Source: an uncultured Erysipelotrichaceae bacterium (GTDB lineage: Bacteria; Bacillota_I; Bacilli_A; RFN20; CAG-826). From it: a DNA stretch of 64,000 nt. The translations under genes and the position numbers were made by a program. The stretch lies in the NCBI GenBank assembly GCA_902769185.1, contig CACXNV010000004.1, positions 34,499-98,498 on the forward strand. The letters run 5' to 3'. Below are positions 18,543 through 29,948 of the stretch, one piece after another (position 1 is the first letter of the stretch; each line of letters begins with the position of its first letter). Under the pieces are notes generated by a model that had not been told where the DNA came from, ran no database searches, and was given only the letters and a program-made list of their open reading frames with translations.

Positions 18543-19616
18543 GTGAGTGCTAAAATACAAAAGATGACAAAAAGAGAATTAACTAGACAAATAAAAGTCA
18601 AAGATTTAGCAATTGGTGGACAAAACAGAGTTGTTATTCAATCAATGTGTAACATCAAGACTGAAAATTATCTCGCTGTAAGCGAGCAAATAAATGAATG
18701 CGCTAAAATTGGAGCAGAATTGATGCGCGTTTCAGTCATGGATGAAAAAGATGCTGCTGCTATAAAAGAAATTAAGAAAAGAATTTCTATCCCTTTGGTA
18801 GCAGATATTCATTTTGATTATCGTTTAGCTTTACTTGCTATGGAAAATGGGGTCGATAAGATTAGAATCAACCCAGGAAATATCGGCGATATTGAAAATG
18901 TCAAAAAAGTTGTCACAATGGCTAAAGAAAAACATATTCCAATTCGAATCGGTGTTAATTCTGGTTCATTAGACAAATCAATTCATGATTATTCAAGTCA
19001 ATATACTGCCGAAAAATTGGTTGCATCAGCGAAAAAGCATGTTGAAATATTAGAAAATTTAGGATTTTATGACATAGTCATATCTTTAAAAGGCTCTAAC
19101 ATTTTAGAAACGATCGCAGCCTATCGCTTAGCTTCCAAAACATTCCCATACCCACTTCATTTAGGAATTACAGAAGCTGGATATAAAGAAATATCAATGG
19201 TTAGAAGTTCTGCAGGGCTATCTCCGTTGCTTTTGGAAGGAATTGGAGACACAATCCGTATTTCTATTTCTGGTGATCCTAAAGATGAAATAAAAGTATG
19301 TAAACAACTACTACATGATTGTGGACTATATCCAAACTATCCAACTTTAGTTGCTTGTCCAACTTGTGGTAGAACCCAAGTTAACGTTGAAGAGCTAGCT
19401 AGAAAAGTTATGGAATATTTAGAAACCATTAATAAACCAATTCATGTCGCTGTTATGGGCTGTGTTGTTAATGGACCAGGAGAAGCCAAAAACGCTGATA
19501 TTGGGATTGCTGGCGGACATCACGAATATGTTATCTTTAAAAAAGATAAAGTTATAAAAAAAGTTCCAGAAGCTGGAGCTCTGGAAGCTTTAATCGAAGA
19601 AATAAACAAATTCTAA
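18543..19616 (+). CDS. ispG: 4-hydroxy-3-methylbut-2-en-1-yl diphosphate synthase (flavodoxin)
   Basis: 357 aa. TIM-barrel N-terminus and the C-terminal CPTCGR...GCVVNGPGE Fe-S motif. Confidence 0.9.
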   Translation: MSAKIQKMTKRELTRQIKVKDLAIGGQNRVVIQSMCNIKTENYLAVSEQINECAKIGAELMRVSVMDEKDAAAIKEIKKRISIPLVADIHFDYRLALLAMENGVDKIRINPGNIGDIENVKKVVTMAKEKHIPIRIGVNSGSLDKSIHDYSSQYTAEKLVASAKKHVEILENLGFYDIVISLKGSNILETIAAYRLASKTFPYPLHLGITEAGYKEISMVRSSAGLSPLLLEGIGDTIRISISGDPKDEIKVCKQLLHDCGLYPNYPTLVACPTCGRTQVNVEELARKVMEYLETINKPIHVAVMGCVVNGPGEAKNADIGIAGGHHEYVIFKKDKVIKKVPEAGALEALIEEINKF

Positions 19617-20494
19617 TCTCTCCACCCCTTGATGAATTTACCGCTCCTAAGCATTTCAATTTCTTGCTTGTAAGGAGCTTTTTCATTGTAATAAGGGGTT
19701 TCAAGAATCATTGGAATTCCTTTTAAAAGAGGGTGATGAACAACTTTATACAAAGTATCAAATCCTAAATAGCCATAGCCAATATTTTCATGACGGTCTT
19801 TATGAGCACCAATTGGATTCTTTGTATCGTTAACATGAACGACTAGTAATCTGTCTAATCCTATGACTTCATCAAATTCTTTCAGAATTTCGTCAAAATT
19901 TTCAACATTATATCCAGCATCATTAATGTGACATGTATCTAGGCAAACGCCTAAACGTTCCTTATGGTTACAGTGATCTATAATAGAACGAATTTCTTCA
20001 AATGTGATTCCAATTTCGTGTCCTTTTCCTGCCATTGTCTCTAAGGCAATCTTTACGTCTGTACCGTCAGTGGTAAATGCCAGGTCCAAGGCTTTGGCTA
20101 AAGCCAAAATGCCATTTTCAGCACCCATCCCGACGTGACTTCCAGGATGTAAAACTAATGTTTTAACTCCAAAGGCTGCAGTTCTTCGAAGCTCACTAAC
20201 AATTGTATTAATAGACATTTCCCATAAATCTGGTTTTGTATAATTGGCAGCATTAATAATATATGGAGCGTGGACAATTAATTTTGTTTCATCAAAACCA
20301 GCTTCTTTTAGAAGCTTTCTCCCTTCTTCAATCTTTAATTCATTTAAAGGTTTGCGAAAAGAGTTTTGCGGAGCACCAGTATAAAACATAAATGTGTTTG
20401 AGCCATAAGATATTGCCTCTTTAACGCTTCCTACAAAAAAATCAGGAGCATTCATACTCACATGGCTTCCTATATATAATTCGGTTTTTTCCAT
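19613..20494 (-). CDS. nfo: Endonuclease IV (AP endonuclease family 2)
   Basis: 293 aa xylose-isomerase-like TIM barrel with the HAPY, LHPG and CLDTCH metal-ligand motifs. Confidence 0.85.
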   Translation of the reverse strand: MEKTELYIGSHVSMNAPDFFVGSVKEAISYGSNTFMFYTGAPQNSFRKPLNELKIEEGRKLLKEAGFDETKLIVHAPYIINAANYTKPDLWEMSINTIVSELRRTAAFGVKTLVLHPGSHVGMGAENGILALAKALDLAFTTDGTDVKIALETMAGKGHEIGITFEEIRSIIDHCNHKERLGVCLDTCHINDAGYNVENFDEILKEFDEVIGLDRLLVVHVNDTKNPIGAHKDRHENIGYGYLGFDTLYKVVHHPLLKGIPMILETPYYNEKAPYKQEIEMLRSGKFIKGWRD

Positions 20495-20530
20495 ATTTTG
20501 CTATCCTCTGGAATATGTTAACATATTTTC

Positions 20531-21397
20531 ATGAAAGTTACTCTAGTAAAACCTCAAGGATTTTGTTCAGGTGTATTAAAAGCAGTTTCGATAGCGAAAA
20601 AAGCAAGATTAGAACATCCTAATAAAAAAATATATATTTTAGGAATGCTTGCTCACAACAAAACCTTAACTGATGATTTAGCAAAAGAAGGATTAATTAC
20701 ATTAGATGACACCGATGAATTTGCAGCAGTTGATTCTTTGAATCAAGGTGATGTTATAATTTTCACAGCGCACGGTCATAACGATGCTATAGAAGAAAAA
20801 GCAAAACAAAAGGGTTTAATTATTTATGATGCGACGTGTTTTAAAGTTAAAAGTAACTTAGAAAAAATAAAAAGAGAAATAGAATCAGGACATCAGGTTA
20901 TTTATATAGGTCAAAAAGGACATAAAGAAACAAATGCTGCCTTGTCAGTTTCAAAAAATGTATCATTATATGATACACAATTACTAATTAACTACTATTT
21001 AATTACTGATAACAATCCATATGTAATCAATCAAACAACCCTTAATTATAAAAGCTTAGACAAGTATTATTCCGATATTTTAGAACATATTTCTGGTGCT
21101 AGAATCGAAAATGAAATTTGCGCTGCCACCAGATTAAGACAAGAGGCTGTTACTAAAATTGATAAAGATACTGATTTGATTATCGTAGTTGGTCACCAAA
21201 AGTCCAGCAATTCAAATAAATTATTTGAAATCGCAAAATCAAATTATCCATCTGCCTTAGTTTTAATGGTAAATGATCTAAAAGAATTGCAATCATTTAG
21301 CCAGATTGAAAGTAAGAAAAAAGCCGCTGTTATATCAGGGGCTTCAACTCCACAATATGTTGTGGATGAAATATATAATTATTTGCTCAGCAAATAA
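20531..21397 (+). CDS. ispH: 4-hydroxy-3-methylbut-2-enyl diphosphate reductase
   Basis: 288 aa. GFCSGV at the N-terminus, FTAHGH, ATC and the downstream Cys, as in the LytB/IspH family. Confidence 0.9.
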   Translation: MKVTLVKPQGFCSGVLKAVSIAKKARLEHPNKKIYILGMLAHNKTLTDDLAKEGLITLDDTDEFAAVDSLNQGDVIIFTAHGHNDAIEEKAKQKGLIIYDATCFKVKSNLEKIKREIESGHQVIYIGQKGHKETNAALSVSKNVSLYDTQLLINYYLITDNNPYVINQTTLNYKSLDKYYSDILEHISGARIENEICAATRLRQEAVTKIDKDTDLIIVVGHQKSSNSNKLFEIAKSNYPSALVLMVNDLKELQSFSQIESKKKAAVISGASTPQYVVDEIYNYLLSK

Positions 21398-22157
21398 CTT
21401 TTGGCATTTTTTCGTGATCAACAGTCACAATATCTAAAGTATTATCAAATCCTTCAAGGATTTTTTTCATTGTTGGAATAAAGATTTTTTCGACTTCATG
21501 TGGAACATCTAAATAATTGTATTTAGCGTTAACAATTTCTCTTCTTACATGATGAGGTGCATCGCCTGAAATATAAATATCATATCCAGCTTCTTTAGCT
21601 TCGACCCAGTGCCCAGAGCCACCACCGCCGATTACAGCTATAGATTCCACAACAGGTTTTCCACAAGCTATCAACAAGCCATAATCAACGCCTAACGCAT
21701 TTTTAGCGTATTTAGCGAATTCTTCAACAGACATAGACTTTTTAAGTCTACCACCTCGCATCATAATGCAATTTTCAATTATTTTAATGTCTTGTAAATC
21801 TAAAGCATTAGCTAAGGCATCATTCATTCCGCCTAATCCAGTATCAAAGTTCGTATGATAGCTATAGACAGGAATGTTTAGCTTTGCTAATGTTTCAAAC
21901 AAAACCTTCTTGCTAGGATCTCTTTTGAATACTCGAGTTTTAGTACCATAAATAAAAGGATGATGTGTAATAACCAAATCTGGCTTTTCTTTTTCAATAA
22001 TTGGGAATATTTCCCAATCACAATCTAAACATAAGAAGATTTTACGAACTTCTTCTGGGAGTTTACCAACGGCTAGGCCAACATAGTCATGATTCATTTT
22101 GGCGTAACGCTTTGGAAATTGTTTAGATAATTTTCTTAAGAGATCTTTAGTTTTCAT
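21387..22157 (-). CDS. Nif3-family dinuclear metal centre protein (YqfO-like)
   Basis: 256 aa with the ITHHP and GHW..E motifs. It is syntenic with trmK. Confidence 0.8.
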   Translation of the reverse strand: MKTKDLLRKLSKQFPKRYAKMNHDYVGLAVGKLPEEVRKIFLCLDCDWEIFPIIEKEKPDLVITHHPFIYGTKTRVFKRDPSKKVLFETLAKLNIPVYSYHTNFDTGLGGMNDALANALDLQDIKIIENCIMMRGGRLKKSMSVEEFAKYAKNALGVDYGLLIACGKPVVESIAVIGGGGSGHWVEAKEAGYDIYISGDAPHHVRREIVNAKYNYLDVPHEVEKIFIPTMKKILEGFDNTLDIVTVDHEKMPKVIC

Positions 22158-22813
22158 AGCACTCTTCTAATTCTTTCTTTTTCTTTATCAAGGTCTAAGA
22201 TTCTATCTCCAGAAAGTTTCTTTGTTGATAATAAATTATCAATTTCAGCAATTCTAGATTGATATTTTTCTTTGAAAGTTAATGATTTTTCTTTTCTTAG
22301 AACTGGTCCAAATTCAAAATCATTATTATCTAGATAAGCACACTCTCCAGCAATAAATTTGATGATTTCGTAATATTTTCCACCATCATTGACTATATCT
22401 TCATCAGCAATGATGTAACCCATATAACAAATTTGTTTTCTCATCTCTGGAATAGAATTGTGAGCATCAACAATAATTGTTCTAACATTTTTAAGTTTGA
22501 ATGGATGAGCTTTTAAAATTTCAATTATATTGAAACCTCCCATTCCTGCGATAACAATTGTGTCAACATCGCTTGGTAATTCACTTATTCCGTCAGAAAA
22601 CATCGGGATAACAGAATCAGAACATCCACTATCTTCAATTGCTTTTACTAATCTAGAATATGGACCTTTTTTATTTTCGATAGCGTATCCTTTAGAGATA
22701 ATGCCATTTTGAAATAAGGAAATTATTAATTTCCCGTGGTCACTACCGATATCAGCGACGACACCGTTAGGAACCATATCATAAATGGCTTGTAATCTCT
22801 TTGATAATTTCAT
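22154..22813 (-). CDS. trmK: tRNA (adenine22-N1)-methyltransferase TrmK (YqfN)
   Basis: 219 aa. The SAM-binding motif VADIGSDHGKL is present. It lies between sigA and nif3 as in Bacillus. Confidence 0.75.
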   Translation of the reverse strand: MKLSKRLQAIYDMVPNGVVADIGSDHGKLIISLFQNGIISKGYAIENKKGPYSRLVKAIEDSGCSDSVIPMFSDGISELPSDVDTIVIAGMGGFNIIEILKAHPFKLKNVRTIIVDAHNSIPEMRKQICYMGYIIADEDIVNDGGKYYEIIKFIAGECAYLDNNDFEFGPVLRKEKSLTFKEKYQSRIAEIDNLLSTKKLSGDRILDLDKEKERIRRVL

Positions 22814-24114
22814 TATGAGCTACGATAGTCTCCTAATTTTTTACGTCTTGTTGGATGCTTTAACTTCTTAATAGCCTTAGCTTCGATTTGACGAATACGT
22901 TCACGAGTAACGCCAAATTCCTTACCAACTTCTTCTAGAGTTCTAGGACGATTGTCATCTAGACCATATCTAAGTCTTAAAACTCTTTCTTCTCTATCTG
23001 TTAATTCTGTAAGAATAGAGTCAAGTTCTTCTTTAAGAAGTCTTTTTGTTGTATATTCAACAGGTGATTCATTATCTTTATCTTCGATAAAATCAATTAA
23101 ATGAGAATCATCTTCTTCGCCGATTGGGGTTTCAAATGAAACTGGTTCAAGGGCAATTCTTTGAATCTCTCTAATTCTTTTTGGAGTAAGTTCTCCACCC
23201 ATCGCTTCAGAAATTTCTTCAGCAGTTGGATCTCTATCTAAATCTTGGACTAATTGTCTTTGGACTTTGGTCATTTTATTGATTGTTTCAACCATATGAA
23301 CAGGAATTCGAATGGTACGTGCCTGATCCGCAATTGCTCTAGCAATAGCTTGTTTAATCCACCATGTCGCATAAGTTGAAAATTTAAAACCTTTAGTATA
23401 GTCAAATTTATCAACAGCTTTCATTAAACCAAGGTTACCTTCTTGGATTAAATCCAAGAACAACATACCACGCCCAACATAATGTTTAGCAATATTAACA
23501 ACCAATCTCAAGTTAGCGTTAATTAATCTTTGCTTGGCTTCTTCATCACCTTCTAAGATTTTAGCGGCTAGAATTGGTTCTTCTTCAGGTTTTAAAAGAT
23601 CAAATTTTCCAATCTCTTTAAGATAAATCTTAACTGAATCGTTTACTTTGACATCGCTGCCAACTGATGTGTCAAAATGATCGATATCAAAATCTATTTC
23701 TTCGCTTTCATCAGTCTCGTCGCTGTCATAATAATCGTCTTCATCGTCTTCTAAAGACATTTTGCTTTCATCAAATTCTTCATCATCTTCAGCATCAAGA
23801 TCTTCGTCTTCATCTTCATCAGAAGATAAAACTTCAATGTCATGATCAGCGAAGTATTTAATTAAATCTTCGATTACATCATCGTCAAGTTCGTATTGCG
23901 CTAATGCATCATAGATTTCATCTTGATCAATACAATCCCCATTGTTTTTTGCTTTCTTAAGAAGTTTGCTTTCAATTTCTGCTAATGTGGTTAAAGTTTT
24001 GGTGTTTCTTTTCTTTGAACCACTTGCCGCGCTGGCCTTAGCCTTTGCAGGTTTAGCTTCCTTTTTAGCAGTTGTTTTCTTTGGCTCTTCAGCCACTTTT
24101 TTTGGTCTTCCCAT
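22813..24114 (-). CDS. sigA: Primary RNA polymerase sigma factor
   Basis: 433 aa. An acidic region follows region 1.1. Region 2 reads [17 protein letters not shown] and region 4 reads [19 protein letters not shown]. Confidence 0.9.
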   Translation of the reverse strand: MGRPKKVAEEPKKTTAKKEAKPAKAKASAASGSKKRNTKTLTTLAEIESKLLKKAKNNGDCIDQDEIYDALAQYELDDDVIEDLIKYFADHDIEVLSSDEDEDEDLDAEDDEEFDESKMSLEDDEDDYYDSDETDESEEIDFDIDHFDTSVGSDVKVNDSVKIYLKEIGKFDLLKPEEEPILAAKILEGDEEAKQRLINANLRLVVNIAKHYVGRGMLFLDLIQEGNLGLMKAVDKFDYTKGFKFSTYATWWIKQAIARAIADQARTIRIPVHMVETINKMTKVQRQLVQDLDRDPTAEEISEAMGGELTPKRIREIQRIALEPVSFETPIGEEDDSHLIDFIEDKDNESPVEYTTKRLLKEELDSILTELTDREERVLRLRYGLDDNRPRTLEEVGKEFGVTRERIRQIEAKAIKKLKHPTRRKKLGDYRSS

Positions 24115-24160
24115 TGTTTTGTTCTCCCTTCAAATCAATAAGATTTCAATTTTAACTATG

Positions 24161-25954
24161 TTATTTCTTAGAGACCATTCGACGATTAAACTCGTTAATG
24201 ATCCTTGCTTTTTCTAATTCGGACTTGCCCTCTAGTGATTGAGATAAGACATCTTCTTCACTAATACGTTTTCTTTCATCTTCAATAGTCTCTAACAAGT
24301 TGTTAAGCAGCTCGTCAGTGCATATTTTTGGATGAGTTTCAGAATAAATGCTAACTAAATCTCGAATAATTCTTTCTTTATTTTCTAAATCACTAGATTC
24401 AAGTAAGGCAAGTAAGCCAGCATCATCCATCATTTCATGGTTTGCAGCATATTCGATGACAAAATTTGCAATTGTGCGATAGATATCATCATAGAATCCT
24501 GGCGTTTTTGCCTCATAAAAGCTCACAGCAGACTTGTTTTGTGTCATTTGGTATAAAAGTTCTCTCTCTGCTGTTAAGAGCTTCTGGAGCTCCTTATTTT
24601 CAGGACGATACTCTTCCATAATTTTTGTTGTTGCCACTACATTATCATCTGCAGTCGATAATCTAGTTCTTTTAACAACGCCTCTTATAGATTCAACATC
24701 AAATCCTGTGATTCTTGCCAATTTACGAATATACGTATCTAGCTCAATTTGACTATTTATCTTTGATAGTATTGGTAAAAATTCTTTAATTAATGCCTTT
24801 TTCTCATCCATTGTTTTAAGTGGATTGGACCTTGAATAATAATTAAGAGCAAAATCCACTTGAGAAATAAGATTATTTACATATGTTTCAAGAGCTTCTT
24901 TTCCATCTTCATTTAATATCTCGTCTGGATCTTTTGAGCTGCCTTGGTTATCCACTACACGATATTTTAATCCAGCCTTAGATAATAATTTAGAATACTT
25001 CATCATTGCGCTTTGCCCTGGTAAATCGCCATCTAGACAAAGTCTAATTTCAACATTTAATGATCTTAATATCTGAATGTGCTCGCTAGTCAACGATGTT
25101 CCCATAATCGCAACAGCGGCATCGATTCCAATCTTGCTTAATGCATAAACATCCATAAAGCCTTCACAGATATAGATATAACCTTTTAATTTGGCTGCAT
25201 CTTTTGCGATATGAATGTTATATAAATTGCTCGATTTATGAAATAAATACGTTTCAGGAGTGTTCATATATTTAGCGGTATCATCATCCACTAATCTTCG
25301 AGCACTAAAGCCAACAACATTGCCATCGATATCACAAATTGGGAATATCACTCTACCCTCATTCATATCAGCATAATTACCGACAGACAGCATTTTAGCA
25401 ACACCTGTATCTTCGATAGTTTTGATTGAATGTCCTTTCTTTTGTAAATACGCAATTGTGGCTTTTCCATCTTTATAGGCATAGCCTAATTTATATTTAT
25501 TTCTAATTGGAGCATCTAAATGACGAGATTCAAAATAATCTAAACCCTCTTTTCCTTCAGGAGTATTCAATGCAAATTGATAATATAAACTTAAGTCATG
25601 AAGGCATTTGAGCAAAGATTCTCTTTTTTCATCAACCTTTTTAGGTTTAGCAATAGAATCAAGTCCTTCTGGATGATATCCAACTATATCAGCGACAATT
25701 TTAATCGCTTCTCCATAGGAGACTTTTTTATATTTTTGAACAAAGGAGATGGCGGTTCCACTTGTTCCGCAAACGAAACATTTAAAGAATTGCTTTTCAG
25801 GAGACACCACTAAAGATGGATTTGTGTCATCATGGAACGGACAAACCGCTTTATAATTCTTTCCTTGCTTGATTAATGGAATGAATGAAGAGATGACTTG
25901 AACAATATCCGCATGCTTTAATACATCTTCAGCAATTGATTTATTGTATGCCAT
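24161..25954 (-). CDS. dnaG: DNA primase
   Basis: 597 aa. A zinc ribbon (CPFHDDTNPS...CFVCG) is followed by a TOPRIM domain (EGFMDV). Confidence 0.9.
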   Translation of the reverse strand: MAYNKSIAEDVLKHADIVQVISSFIPLIKQGKNYKAVCPFHDDTNPSLVVSPEKQFFKCFVCGTSGTAISFVQKYKKVSYGEAIKIVADIVGYHPEGLDSIAKPKKVDEKRESLLKCLHDLSLYYQFALNTPEGKEGLDYFESRHLDAPIRNKYKLGYAYKDGKATIAYLQKKGHSIKTIEDTGVAKMLSVGNYADMNEGRVIFPICDIDGNVVGFSARRLVDDDTAKYMNTPETYLFHKSSNLYNIHIAKDAAKLKGYIYICEGFMDVYALSKIGIDAAVAIMGTSLTSEHIQILRSLNVEIRLCLDGDLPGQSAMMKYSKLLSKAGLKYRVVDNQGSSKDPDEILNEDGKEALETYVNNLISQVDFALNYYSRSNPLKTMDEKKALIKEFLPILSKINSQIELDTYIRKLARITGFDVESIRGVVKRTRLSTADDNVVATTKIMEEYRPENKELQKLLTAERELLYQMTQNKSAVSFYEAKTPGFYDDIYRTIANFVIEYAANHEMMDDAGLLALLESSDLENKERIIRDLVSIYSETHPKICTDELLNNLLETIEDERKRISEEDVLSQSLEGKSELEKARIINEFNRRMVSKK

Positions 25955-25995
25955 ATAATAAATTATAAAACTACTAATTTGATACTAAAAATAAA

Positions 25996-27369
25996 CTAAT
26001 AAAAGATTTTGACTCCAAGATACTCAACAAGTTTTTCGATCGGTAATCTAATTTGGTTCATTGAATCTCTTTCTCTAATTGTAACTTGATTATCATCAAG
26101 AGACTCAAAGTCAACAGTAATACAGAATGGAGTTCCCACTGCATCTTGACGACGATATCTCTTTCCGATGCTACCAGTGTCGTCATAGACGACAGGCATA
26201 TACTTAGACAAGATTCTTTGGATGTCTCTTGCTTTATCCTCTAGTTTTTTGGATAAAGGTAAGATTGCCGCTTTAACAGGCGCCACTAATGGAGATAAGT
26301 GCATTACAATACGGGTTTCACCATTTTCAAGCACTTCTTCATCGTATGCATCAGATAAAACCATTAATACCAATCTATCTAATCCGACTGATGGTTCAAT
26401 ACAATATGGAACATATTTTGTATTGTCTTCTGGATCTAAATATTCTAGAGATTCTCCACTATAACTCATATGACGTTTTAAATCATAATCAGTTCTATCG
26501 GCGATGCCCCATACTTCACCCCATCCAAATGGGAATAAGTATTCGATATCAGTTGTGGCTTTGGAATAGAAAGCAAGCTCTTCTGGGTCGTGATCACGGT
26601 AACGAAGGTTTTCATTCTTAATACCCAAGGTATTAATAAATTCTAAACATTCTTTTTTCCAATGTTCAAACCATTTTAAGTCTTCTCCTGGTTTGCAGAA
26701 GAATTCCATTTCCATTTGTTCAAATTCACGCATTCTGAATGTCATTTGACCTGGAGTGATTTCATTTCTAAAAGCTTTACCAACATTACAAATACCTAAA
26801 GGTAATTTTCTTCTTGTTGTTCTACAGACGTTTTTAAAATTCACAAACATGCCTTGAGCGGTTTCTGGTCTTAAATAAACTGTAGATTTAGAATCTTCAG
26901 TAACACCAATATGTGTTTTAAACATCATATTGAATTGACGAATATCAGTGAAATTCTCAGCTCCACAATTTGGACATGCTATATGATGTGAACGAATGTA
27001 TTCCATCATTTGATCATTGTTCATAGATGTCACTGGAGCGCTTGGATCAGCCGCTTCAATTAATTGATCGGCTCTGAAACGTTGCTTACATTTCTTACAA
27101 TCAATTAATGGGTCATTAAATGTAGAAACGTGTCCAGTTGCTTCCCAAACTTTTGGATTCATTAAAATAGCAGCGTCAATACCGACGTTAGTTGGGCTTT
27201 CTTGAACAAATTTTTTCCACCACATTCTACGAATGTTATTCTTAATTTCCGAACCTAATGGTCCATAATCCCATGTATTTGATAAGCCACCATAAATCTC
27301 ACTTCCTTGGTAATAATAACCAGACGAAATTAAGTGACTACATACTTTATCAAAACTAAAATCACCCAT
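25996..27369 (-). CDS. glyQS: Glycine--tRNA ligase (homodimeric alpha2 type)
   Basis: Class II aaRS with SEIYGGL...WDYGPLG at the N-terminus. The start was moved to the second in-frame ATG (27369), which has a GGAGG RBS 8 nt upstream. Confidence 0.9.
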   Translation of the reverse strand: MGDFSFDKVCSHLISSGYYYQGSEIYGGLSNTWDYGPLGSEIKNNIRRMWWKKFVQESPTNVGIDAAILMNPKVWEATGHVSTFNDPLIDCKKCKQRFRADQLIEAADPSAPVTSMNNDQMMEYIRSHHIACPNCGAENFTDIRQFNMMFKTHIGVTEDSKSTVYLRPETAQGMFVNFKNVCRTTRRKLPLGICNVGKAFRNEITPGQMTFRMREFEQMEMEFFCKPGEDLKWFEHWKKECLEFINTLGIKNENLRYRDHDPEELAFYSKATTDIEYLFPFGWGEVWGIADRTDYDLKRHMSYSGESLEYLDPEDNTKYVPYCIEPSVGLDRLVLMVLSDAYDEEVLENGETRIVMHLSPLVAPVKAAILPLSKKLEDKARDIQRILSKYMPVVYDDTGSIGKRYRRQDAVGTPFCITVDFESLDDNQVTIRERDSMNQIRLPIEKLVEYLGVKIFY

Positions 27370-27448
27370 GTGATAAACCTCCAAAAAACTGCAGGAAAAA
27401 GTATATGATTTGTTATGTATCTTGTCAACCTATTATCAGTGTATTTTA

Positions 27449-28171
27449 TTATTGTGCTTGGATTAAGGCATCAAGGGAGTTAAGTTTCACTCCCATATAT
27501 TCATCGACGAAATCTCTTAATTTTAGCAAAATTAACTTTTTATCATCCAATGAATATTTGTCAATTTCTGGTAAAGAATAATCGTTTGCTTTAAAAATGT
27601 ATCTAATTAGATGTAGTTGTGTTCCGTTAAGATCTCTAACTGTCTCTTTATTTAAACAATTTCTACAAACAAATCCGCCATCTTCAAAACTAAAAGCAAC
27701 GATGTCTTGTTTGCTACCACAGAAAACACATTTATCAACTTCTAATTCTGCTCCACCAAATTTAATTAATTTGGCTAAATACACAAGGATGACCATATAA
27801 TGGTCTTTATCATTCTTTAAAGCATTTAGTGCAGCTTCTACTTCATCAAAAATGAGATGTTTTTCCTCGTCAGCTAAAACGTTTTTACTAAGTTCAGTTA
27901 GAACGTTAATTGCCACTAAATACTCATAATTAGTGGATTTTTGCATTGGTGACGATATTAAAACTGCACTATTAATAACTTTGTGCTTATATCGCCCATC
28001 CGAAAGAAAATCGACATCCGCTATTGTTAACGGATTATTGAGCCATACATATTTACTTTTTGGATCTTGTGCTCCTTTAGCCATAAAGGAAATTAATCCT
28101 TCTTGGCTAAGAGCGTTATAAATACAATCTTTTTCTTTATAATTGCTTTTGCTTAAAATAATAACTTTCAT
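27449..28171 (-). CDS. recO: DNA repair protein RecO
   Basis: An OB-fold N-terminus (MKVIILSKSNYKEKD), then a C-terminal Cys4 zinc finger (CVFCGS...CRNC). The start was chosen at the internal Met next to the era stop codon; the track ORF extends to 28198. Confidence 0.75.
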   Translation of the reverse strand: MKVIILSKSNYKEKDCIYNALSQEGLISFMAKGAQDPKSKYVWLNNPLTIADVDFLSDGRYKHKVINSAVLISSPMQKSTNYEYLVAINVLTELSKNVLADEEKHLIFDEVEAALNALKNDKDHYMVILVYLAKLIKFGGAELEVDKCVFCGSKQDIVAFSFEDGGFVCRNCLNKETVRDLNGTQLHLIRYIFKANDYSLPEIDKYSLDDKKLILLKLRDFVDEYMGVKLNSLDALIQAQ

Positions 28172-28172
28172 G

Positions 28173-29060
28173 TTATTTCTTTTTGTTCTTATATCCATAT
28201 GCTTCTAATGAAGCATCGTCGTTACGCCAATCTGATTGCACCTTTACAAATAATTCTAAATAGACATGTTTGCCTAAATATTTTTCTATGCTTTGTCGGG
28301 CTTTTTGCCCGATGAGTTTGATACGTTTGCCACCACTACCAATTACTATTCCCTTTTGGGAATCTTTTTCTACAATAATTGAAGCAACAATGTGCATTGG
28401 TTTAGATTCATAATCAATGTTATTAACATAAATCGCAATGCTGTGTGGCACTTCATCTCTAAGGATATTTAAAGCTTTCTCTCTAATAATTTCTTTAATT
28501 TGGAAAACTTCATCCTTGTCAGTGATTTCTTCACCGGGATAATATTCTGGGCCTTCTGGAAGGAGATTTTCCACTACTTTGATGAGCAAGTCCAAATTGA
28601 ACTTTTCGCTCGCCACAGTGTCAATAAAGTGGCTTTCTGGAAGTTTTTCTTTATAAATTGCTTTTAACTTTTCTACTTTGTCAATTCTAGCTTGATCGAT
28701 TTTATTAAAAACAATAACCAAAGGAGCGTTTTTTATATCTAAATGGTCTAGTAGATATTGATCTCCTTCTCCGAATGGTTTAGAAGCATCCACAACTAAG
28801 ATATTGACATCAGCATCATGTGCGCTTGAATAAGCCATAGCATTCATTTCTTCACCTAATTTAGCGTGAGGCTTATGAATACCAGGGGTGTCAATGAAAA
28901 TAATTTGTGAGTCAGCACCACGATAAATACCTTTGATAATATTTCTCGTAGTTTGACTTTTATCAGTGACAATCGATATCTTATGGTTGATTAAACCATT
29001 TAAAATGGTCGACTTGCCAACATTTGGATGTCCTAAAATTGTTACAAACCCAGATTTCAT
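28173..29060 (-). CDS. era: GTPase Era
   Basis: 295 aa with GHPNVGKST, DTPG and NKID motifs and a C-terminal KH domain. Confidence 0.9.
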   Translation of the reverse strand: MKSGFVTILGHPNVGKSTILNGLINHKISIVTDKSQTTRNIIKGIYRGADSQIIFIDTPGIHKPHAKLGEEMNAMAYSSAHDADVNILVVDASKPFGEGDQYLLDHLDIKNAPLVIVFNKIDQARIDKVEKLKAIYKEKLPESHFIDTVASEKFNLDLLIKVVENLLPEGPEYYPGEEITDKDEVFQIKEIIREKALNILRDEVPHSIAIYVNNIDYESKPMHIVASIIVEKDSQKGIVIGSGGKRIKLIGQKARQSIEKYLGKHVYLELFVKVQSDWRNDDASLEAYGYKNKKK

Positions 29061-29461
29061 TATTTAAGATCGTCTCCCGAGAACGCAAATGGGAGAAGTT
29101 CATCGATTGTTGTTTCTTTTTCATCTCCCTTAAGATTGCTCATATATATAGGAGCTTCTCTTGGAAAAAGTTCACTAATCACTTGGCGGCACGCTCCGCA
29201 AGGGGAACATGGCTCGTCAGTATCTGCAGATAAAGCTAAAGCCACAAAGTCTTCTTTTTTATAGCCATTCATCATCGCATTATACAATGCGTTTCTTTCT
29301 GCACACATACATAATGGATAACTGGAGTTTTCAATATTAGCGCCAACAAAGACTTTTCCATCTTTTGTTAAAAGCGCAGCCCCAACAGCGAAATGGCTAT
29401 AGGGAGAATAAGATAAGCTTCTTGCTTCTTTAGCTTTGATGATTAATTGATTTTTGTCCAT
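29060..29461 (-). CDS. cdd: Cytidine deaminase
   Basis: Zinc ligand motifs CAERNA and CSPCGACRQ. The start was trimmed to MDKNQ at 29461; the track ORF carries a 23-aa basic extension. Confidence 0.85.
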   Translation of the reverse strand: MDKNQLIIKAKEARSLSYSPYSHFAVGAALLTKDGKVFVGANIENSSYPLCMCAERNALYNAMMNGYKKEDFVALALSADTDEPCSPCGACRQVISELFPREAPIYMSNLKGDEKETTIDELLPFAFSGDDLK

Positions 29462-29465
29462 GAGA

Positions 29466-29921
29466 TTATACTCCTTTTTCAGATAAGATTTCTTCTTGTA
29501 ATTGGAACATTTCTTTTTCGTCTTCCTCATTCATATGGTCGTACCCTAATAGATGAAGTAGGCCATGTACAAATAAGAATGATAACTCGCGATGTAGACT
29601 ATGTCCGTATTCCTCAGCCTGTTCTTTAGCTTTTTCTAAAGAGATATAAATATCTCCTAACACTACTGGTCCTGGCGAAAATAAAACTTTATCATAATTA
29701 TTCTCGCTATCAAGGAAGGCAAAACTAATCACATCTGTTGGGCGATCAATATGACGATATTTTTTATTAATTTTATGGATATAACGATTGTCAACAATGC
29801 TGACCGACACAATTGGGTCGCATTTGATGTTTAACTTTTTAAAAGTCACATCCATCAATTCTAAATAAAAATCTTCATATGATTCGCATTCAGCGAATTT
29901 TGAATTAAAATCTAATTCCAT
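29466..29921 (-). CDS. ybeY: Endoribonuclease YbeY
   Basis: 151 aa with the HGLLHLLGYDH metal-binding motif. Confidence 0.85.
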   Translation of the reverse strand: MELDFNSKFAECESYEDFYLELMDVTFKKLNIKCDPIVSVSIVDNRYIHKINKKYRHIDRPTDVISFAFLDSENNYDKVLFSPGPVVLGDIYISLEKAKEQAEEYGHSLHRELSFLFVHGLLHLLGYDHMNEEDEKEMFQLQEEILSEKGV

Positions 29922-29948
29922 GAGAATATCTTATCATAGATAATAAAC